A program made the translations under genes and the position numbers. Of a stretch of DNA of 42,075 bases, positions 36,758-42,075 are shown in pieces; the first letter of the stretch is position 1; each line of letters starts with the position of its first letter. The notes below the pieces were generated by a model. It was not told where the DNA came from and searched no databases. It was given only the letters and a program-made list of their open reading frames with translations. Source of the DNA: Candidatus Eiseniibacteriota bacterium (lineage in GTDB: Bacteria; Eisenbacteria; RBG-16-71-46); contig JANLOX010000072.1 in NCBI GenBank assembly GCA_031366795.1, positions 1-42,075 on the forward strand, in the 5' to 3' direction.

Positions 36758-37669
36758 ATGCACGCCACCGCCACGCATCCCGGACTCGCCGCTCGCGTTC
36801 GCACGTATGCTTCGTTCGTGCGCTTCGAGCACACGCTGTTCTCCCTGCCGCTCATCCTGGCGGGGGTCTTCAGCGTGGCCGGACCGGCGCTCAATGCGCG
36901 GCGCTGGTTGCTCATCGCCGTGGCCGCCGTGGGCGCGCGCACCGCGGCGATGGCGCTCAACCGCTTGATCGACCGCCGCCTCGATGCGCTCAATCCCCGC
37001 ACGCGCGTGCGCGAACTGCCATCGGGCAAGATACGAGGCTTCGAAGCATGGGCACTGCTCGCCCTGAGCGGCGCGGCCTATCTCGCGGCCTGCGCTGCCC
37101 TCGGCCCCTGGTACTTAAAGGTTGCCGTGGTGCCGCTCGCGGTGTTCACGATCTTTCCATACCTCAAGCGCTTCTCGCCGTTCTGTCACTTCGGCGTGGG
37201 CGTGGCGCTGGCGCTGGCGCCACTGGCCGGTTACGCCGCCGCGCACCCGGATCTGGCGGCCTTGATGCCCGCCTTCCTGCTCGCCGCCTTCGCGCTGGTG
37301 TGGGTCAGTGGCTTCGACATCATCTACGCCACGCTCGATGAGGCGTTCGACCGCCAGCACGGCGTGCATTCGATGGTCGCGTGGCTCGGCACCGCACGCG
37401 CGCTCGCGGTGTCGGCGGGGCTGCATCGCGTGGCGCAGGCTGCCCTGCTGCTGGTTGCCGTCACCGTATTGCGCGCGAAGGGTCACTCGCCGTTGAGCCT
37501 GCCGGCGATTCCTGCGTATGGATTGTGGGCGGGCGCCGTGGTGCTGCTCGAGCTCGAACAGCGCTGGGCCGAAGACGTGAACCTTGCGTTCTTCAAGGTC
37601 AACGTGTGGGTCGGAGTGCTCGTTCTCGCGATGGTGCTCGCCGCGCGTCTGGCCTCGGGCGGGTTCTGA
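36758..37669 (+). CDS. UbiA-family prenyltransferase (MqnP-like)
   Basis: FEHTLFSLP, ARTAAMALNRLIDRRLDALNPRT..RELPSG, WVSGFDIIYATLD, NLAFFKVN. Confidence 0.9.
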   Translation: MHATATHPGLAARVRTYASFVRFEHTLFSLPLILAGVFSVAGPALNARRWLLIAVAAVGARTAAMALNRLIDRRLDALNPRTRVRELPSGKIRGFEAWALLALSGAAYLAACAALGPWYLKVAVVPLAVFTIFPYLKRFSPFCHFGVGVALALAPLAGYAAAHPDLAALMPAFLLAAFALVWVSGFDIIYATLDEAFDRQHGVHSMVAWLGTARALAVSAGLHRVAQAALLLVAVTVLRAKGHSPLSLPAIPAYGLWAGAVVLLELEQRWAEDVNLAFFKVNVWVGVLVLAMVLAARLASGGF

Positions 37670-38223
37670 TGCCGCGCTACGTCATCGGTATGACGGGTGC
37701 CTCGGGGGCAGCGTTCGGCGTCGACTTCGTGCGCCACTGTCCGGGTGAGAAATACCTCGTGATGTCCGACTGGGGACGTCAGGTGCTGCAGTCGGAGACC
37801 GGGCTCAAGCCGAGCGATCTTGCGGGCAGCGTGAAGAAGGTGTTCTCCGACACCGACCTCGCGGCACCCTTCGCCTCGGGTAGCAACCGTTTCGATGCCT
37901 TCGTCATCGTGCCCTGCAGCATCTCGACGCTCGCCAAGATCGCCTGCGGCATTGCCGACACGTTGATCACGCGCATCGCCGCCGTGGCGCTCAAGGAACG
38001 CATGCGGCTGGTGGTGTGCGTGCGCGAGACGCCGCTGTCCAGCATCGCGCTCGAGAACGCGCTCAAGTTGTCGCGCGAAGGCGTGATCGTGATGCCGGTC
38101 TCGCCGCCGTGGTATCGCGAGCCGCAGACCCTCGACGACGCGGTGCGTGGGTTCACGGGCAAGGTGCTGGCGACGCTCGGCGAGGCCACGGATCCGGGAT
38201 GGCGTGCGGAGTCGCTCGAGTGA
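37669..38223 (+). CDS. ubiX: flavin prenyltransferase
   Basis: IGMTGASG, APFASGS, PCSISTLAKIACG, VALKER..LVVCVRETP; ATG overlaps the upstream TGA. Confidence 0.93.
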   Translation: MPRYVIGMTGASGAAFGVDFVRHCPGEKYLVMSDWGRQVLQSETGLKPSDLAGSVKKVFSDTDLAAPFASGSNRFDAFVIVPCSISTLAKIACGIADTLITRIAAVALKERMRLVVCVRETPLSSIALENALKLSREGVIVMPVSPPWYREPQTLDDAVRGFTGKVLATLGEATDPGWRAESLE

Positions 38224-40022
38224 GGGGCTTCACATCGCTGGGCGATTTTCTCGCCGACCTCGAACGCCGGGGCGATCTCAAGCGCATCACGCGCGAGGTC
38301 GACTGGCAGTTCGAAGTCACCGAGATCGCCTGTCGCGAGGCGAAGGCCGAGGGCCCCGCGCTGTTATTCGAGCGCGTACGCGGCGCGGCGTTCCCGCTCG
38401 CGGTCAACGTGCTCGCGGCGCGCCGCCGCATCGAGTGGGCGATCGGCCGCACGCCGGGCTCGGTCGGTGCCGAGCTTGAGGAGATCCTGCACGCCGTGCC
38501 GCCACGCGCGCTGGGCGACCTGCTCAAGCTGCGCTCCAGCGCCGGCCGCGTGCTGGCGATGCGTCCCTCGCGCACGCGCAACGCGCCGTCGCAGCAAGGC
38601 GCACTCGGTCCCAATCTCGACCCGCTGCCGATTCTGCAGTTGTGGCCGCACGACGGTGGCCGCTTCGTGACCTTCCCATTGGTGCTGACGCAACATCCCG
38701 CGACGCTCAAACGGAATCTCGGGATCTACCGCATGCACGTGTACGATGCCGCGACGACCGGAATGCACTGGCAGATCGGCAAGGGCGGCGGCTTCCACTA
38801 TCACGAAGCCGAAAAGCGCGGGCAGGGATTGCCTGTCGCGGTGCATGTGGGAGCGGATCCCGCGACGATGCTGTCCGCCGTGGCGCCCTTGCCCGAAGGC
38901 ATCAACGAGCTGGCCTTCGCGGGATTCCTGCGTGGGGCGCCGACGCGGCTCACGCGCGCGCGCACGCTCGATATGGACGTGCTCGCCGATGCGGAGTTCG
39001 TCATCGAGGGCATGGTGCCCGCGCATGTGCGGCGCCAGGAAGGTCCGTTCGGCGATCACTTCGGGCACTACTCGCACGCGGCGCCGTTCCCGGTCTTCAA
39101 TGTGCGCACCGTCACGCATCGCCGCCGCCCCGTATTCCAGGCCAGCGTCGTCGGCAAGCCGCCACAGGAAGACAAGTACATGGGCGAGGCGGTGCAGGAG
39201 TTCTTCGCCGGCGTGTTGCGAGTGATCCACCCGGAAGTGGTGGACCTGTGGGCATATTTCGAGGCAGGCTTCCACAACCTGCTGGTGGTCTCGGTCGAGA
39301 ACCGGTTCGCGCGCGAATCGCGCAAGACCGCCCTGGGGTTGATGGGCACGGGGCAGTTGTCGCTGACCAAGTGCATCGTGCTCGTCGATGAGGACGTCGA
39401 TCCACGCGACCGAGTCGCGGTGTTCAATGCGGTGGCCCGCAACTTCGATGCGTCGGAAGACTTCATGCTGATCGCGGGCGTTCCCCTCGACACGCTCGAC
39501 TTCACGTCCTACACCATGAACCTCGGCAGCAAGATGGTGATCGATGCGCAGACCAAAGGACGCAGCGTCGGCTCGGCGGGAGTCGCCGAGGCTGCGGCTC
39601 AAGCTGGCCACACCCGCGCAGTGCCGACGTCGGTCGCCGATCCTCGCGCCTTCGCACCTGCAGCGTTGGCTCACCGGCTCGCGTGGGGAGCACTGCTCGT
39701 CGTTCAGACCGCGGGCGACGGCCGCGAGCTGATCGAACAGCTGGTGCATCGCCCCGAGTATTTGGGCGTCAAGTTCATCGTGGCCGTCAGTAAGGATGTG
39801 CCGCTCGAGGATGACGAGTTGCTGCTGTGGGGAATCTTCACGCGGTTCGATTGCGCGCGCGACATCATCCCGGCATCGGTCGAGTCGCGCGGCGCCTGGA
39901 CGGCCGTGCGCGGGCCGCTCGGGATCGACGCAACGTGGAAGCAGGGCTACCCCGCTCCCGTCGAGAACTTGCCCGAGGTCATCGCGAAGGTGAATGCCAC
40001 GCATGGACCGCCGCTTCCGTAG
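38220..40022 (+). CDS. ubiD: UbiD-family prFMN decarboxylase (menaquinone/futalosine MqnL-like)
   Basis: WPHDGGRFVT, RNLGIYRM, EGPFGDHFGHY, VGKPPQED, DTLD..GSKMVIDA, GIDATWK. GTG 38220 overlaps the ubiX stop. Confidence 0.9.
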   Translation: MRGFTSLGDFLADLERRGDLKRITREVDWQFEVTEIACREAKAEGPALLFERVRGAAFPLAVNVLAARRRIEWAIGRTPGSVGAELEEILHAVPPRALGDLLKLRSSAGRVLAMRPSRTRNAPSQQGALGPNLDPLPILQLWPHDGGRFVTFPLVLTQHPATLKRNLGIYRMHVYDAATTGMHWQIGKGGGFHYHEAEKRGQGLPVAVHVGADPATMLSAVAPLPEGINELAFAGFLRGAPTRLTRARTLDMDVLADAEFVIEGMVPAHVRRQEGPFGDHFGHYSHAAPFPVFNVRTVTHRRRPVFQASVVGKPPQEDKYMGEAVQEFFAGVLRVIHPEVVDLWAYFEAGFHNLLVVSVENRFARESRKTALGLMGTGQLSLTKCIVLVDEDVDPRDRVAVFNAVARNFDASEDFMLIAGVPLDTLDFTSYTMNLGSKMVIDAQTKGRSVGSAGVAEAAAQAGHTRAVPTSVADPRAFAPAALAHRLAWGALLVVQTAGDGRELIEQLVHRPEYLGVKFIVAVSKDVPLEDDELLLWGIFTRFDCARDIIPASVESRGAWTAVRGPLGIDATWKQGYPAPVENLPEVIAKVNATHGPPLP

Positions 40023-40040
40023 CCGCTAGCTTGTCAGTCA

Positions 40041-40862
40041 ATGACCACTCGCGAATCCATGGTGTCGTTGGTCGGCGCCCGCCGCGCCCTGATCGGCATG
40101 ATCCATGTCGGCGCCCTGCCCGGTACGCCTGCTTCAGCGCGCGGCATCGACGAGCTCGTCGAGAACGCGGTCGCCGAAGCCATGATCTACCGCGCCGCGG
40201 GCTTCAATGCGCTGATGATCGAGAACATGCACGACGTGCCCTACTTGAAGAACTCCGTGGGGCCTGAGATCACCGCGGCGATGGCGGTGATTGCACGCGA
40301 GTTGTGCGTCGAGCTCGAGTTGCCGCTGGGGATCCAGGTGCTGGCGGGCGCCAATCGCGAAGCGCTGGCGGCCGCACTCGCCGGCAACGCGCGCTTCATC
40401 CGCGCCGAAGGTTTCGTGTTCGGGCACGTCGCCGACGAAGGTTGGATCGAAGCGAGCGCCGGCCCGCTGCTGCGCTACCGCCGTGAGATTCACGCCGGGG
40501 ACATCCGCGTGTTCGCGGACATCAAGAAGAAGCACTCGGCGCACGCGGTGACCGCGGACGTCAGCCTGGTCGAAACGGCGAAGGCGGCGGAGTTCTTCCG
40601 CGCCGACGGCGTGATCGTGACGGGCGCCTCGACGGGGCACGCCGCTGACGCGGGCGAAGTCGCTTCCGTGGCGACCGCGGTGCAGGTGCCGGTGCTCGTG
40701 GGCTCGGGCGTTACGCCAGGAAACATTGCGGACTACGCTGCAGCGGACGGATTCATCGTCGGCTCCAGCGTCAAGATCGGCGGGTTGTGGTCGAATCCGC
40801 TCGATCCCTTGCGCGTCGAGGCCGTCGCGCGCGCCTTCGCGCAACTGCCCGACAAGGCGTAG
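40041..40862 (+). CDS. BtpA/SgcQ family protein
   Basis: IGMIHVGALPG, IENMHDVPY, ADIKKKHS, ADGVIVTG..TG, VLVGSGVT, ADGFIVGS. Confidence 0.92.
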   Translation: MTTRESMVSLVGARRALIGMIHVGALPGTPASARGIDELVENAVAEAMIYRAAGFNALMIENMHDVPYLKNSVGPEITAAMAVIARELCVELELPLGIQVLAGANREALAAALAGNARFIRAEGFVFGHVADEGWIEASAGPLLRYRREIHAGDIRVFADIKKKHSAHAVTADVSLVETAKAAEFFRADGVIVTGASTGHAADAGEVASVATAVQVPVLVGSGVTPGNIADYAAADGFIVGSSVKIGGLWSNPLDPLRVEAVARAFAQLPDKA

Positions 40863-40888
40863 CAGCGCCACTCAATCGCCCAACATTC

Positions 40889-41800
40889 ATGCGCGCAGAA
40901 CTCGTCTGCCTCGGCAACCTGATTGTCGATGATGTGATGTTCGCCGACGGCACGACACGCCTCGCCCAGCCCGGTGGCGCGAGTCTCTACGTCGCGTTGG
41001 CCGCGGCGTTGTGGGGCACGCGCGTCGCGATCGTGGCGCCCGTGGGCGATGCCTACCCGCGCGAGACGCTCGATGCGCTGGTGGCGCGTGGCGTCGACCT
41101 GTCGGCGTTGCGCCCCTTGAATCGCGCGGGGCTGCGCACGTGGTTGCGCTATGAGCCGGCGGGCCGCCGCCTCGAGCACCAACCGTCGTCGCCCACCCAC
41201 GTGGAGGCGTCGCCAACACCAGAAGATCTCGCGGTCGTCTCGACCGACTCGCGCGCCTTCCACATCGCGCCGATTCCCGTCGTGTGCCAGGAGCGGCTGG
41301 TCGAAGCACTCGCTGCGCGCCGGGATTGCCACGTCTCGATCGATCCGCACGAGCCGATTCGCGAGGACACGCTGGCGCAGTGGCGCCCGCTGCTGAATGC
41401 CATCGACACCCTGTTCGTCAGCGAGGAAGAGATCGCCTTGCCCGGGCTCGACGATACTCCCGCGCAGGCCCTGCGGCGCCTCGAAAGTGGTCGCCTGCGC
41501 TCGGTCGAACTCAAGCAGGGCGCGGCCGGAGGTGTGCACTTTGACGTCGCGACCCAGCGCGCCTTCCGCTGGCCTGCGCACACGCGCAAGGTGGTCGATC
41601 CCACCGGCGCCGGCGATGCGTTCGCGGGCGGTTATCTCAGCGGCTTGCTGGCGGGGCTGCGCACACCCGCGTCACTCGCGCGCGGCGTCGTGTCCGCCAG
41701 CTTCGCGCTCGAAGGTTGGGGCGCCGAAGGACTGCTCGCCGCCACCAGCAGCGAAGCCGGCGCGCGGTTCGACGAGTGGCGCGATGGCTTCGTCGGGTAG
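40889..41800 (+). CDS. PfkB-family carbohydrate/nucleoside kinase (possible pseudouridine kinase)
   Basis: GNLIVD, QPGGA, DPTGAGDAFAGG signature; adjacent to psuG. Confidence 0.85.
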   Translation: MRAELVCLGNLIVDDVMFADGTTRLAQPGGASLYVALAAALWGTRVAIVAPVGDAYPRETLDALVARGVDLSALRPLNRAGLRTWLRYEPAGRRLEHQPSSPTHVEASPTPEDLAVVSTDSRAFHIAPIPVVCQERLVEALAARRDCHVSIDPHEPIREDTLAQWRPLLNAIDTLFVSEEEIALPGLDDTPAQALRRLESGRLRSVELKQGAAGGVHFDVATQRAFRWPAHTRKVVDPTGAGDAFAGGYLSGLLAGLRTPASLARGVVSASFALEGWGAEGLLAATSSEAGARFDEWRDGFVG

Positions 41801-41810
41801 TATGCGAACC

Positions 41811-42075
41811 ATGCGCCATCTCTTCGTCATTGCCGACACCGTCGCCATCGCACTGGCCGAGCGCCGCCCCGTCGTGGCGCTCGAGACGACGCTCGTGACG
41901 CACGGCCTGCCGCATCCCGATGGCGTCGAGGCGGCACTTGCCCTCGAGGCGGCGGTGCGCGAAGAGGGTGCAGTGCCGGCCACGATAGGCGTGCTCGACG
42001 GCGCAATCCGTGTCGGCATGGACAGCGCGGCACTCGAGCGCCTCGCGACGTCCAAGGACACGGTGAAGCTCAATC
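41811..42075 (+). CDS. psuG: pseudouridine-5'-phosphate glycosidase, N-terminal part (absent from ORF track; runs off window)
   Basis: Translated by hand: MRHLFVIADTVAIALAERRPVVALETTLVTHGLPHPDG...VREEGAVPATIGVLDGAIRVG. Alternative in-frame ATG at 41802. Confidence 0.9.
   Translation, partial: MRHLFVIADTVAIALAERRPVVALETTLVTHGLPHPDGVEAALALEAAVREEGAVPATIGVLDGAIRVGMDSAALERLATSKDTVKLN

Overview
A GC-rich bacterial chromosomal segment near the replication origin. It carries the conserved cluster rpmH-rnpA-yidD-yidC-jag(khpB)-mnmE-mnmG-rsmG-parA-parB with two parS sites, but dnaA is not next to rpmH. The left arm is mostly minus strand: the fhs 3' end, three GT-C/TPR membrane glycosyltransferase-like genes, a GT51 transglycosylase, an SDR epimerase, queE-queC-queD, an outer-membrane barrel, tonB, an esterase/ABC/receiver operon, a GAF histidine kinase and mscL. 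The right arm is mostly plus strand: bactofilin, a two-domain aspartyl protease-PDZ, lexA, an EamA transporter, ubiA/ubiX/ubiD (futalosine-type menaquinone late steps) and btpA-pfkB-psuG. The TGCAC-N4-GTGCA LexA operator and the TonB N-terminal motif suggest an FCB-related lineage, possibly Eisenbacteria-like (inference only). The most unusual locus is 33.5-35.3 kb. There lexA is followed by an intact IS200/RAYT-type HUH gene that seems to lack the catalytic Tyr, has its own SOS-box-like operator, and lies beside a cluster of palindromic repeats: a candidate domesticated, SOS-controlled HUH system. Also notable are two candidate structured RNAs, RG-rich disordered insertions in Jag and RsmG, and recurring leaderless-type promoters. 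All calls were made by eye; no searches were run.
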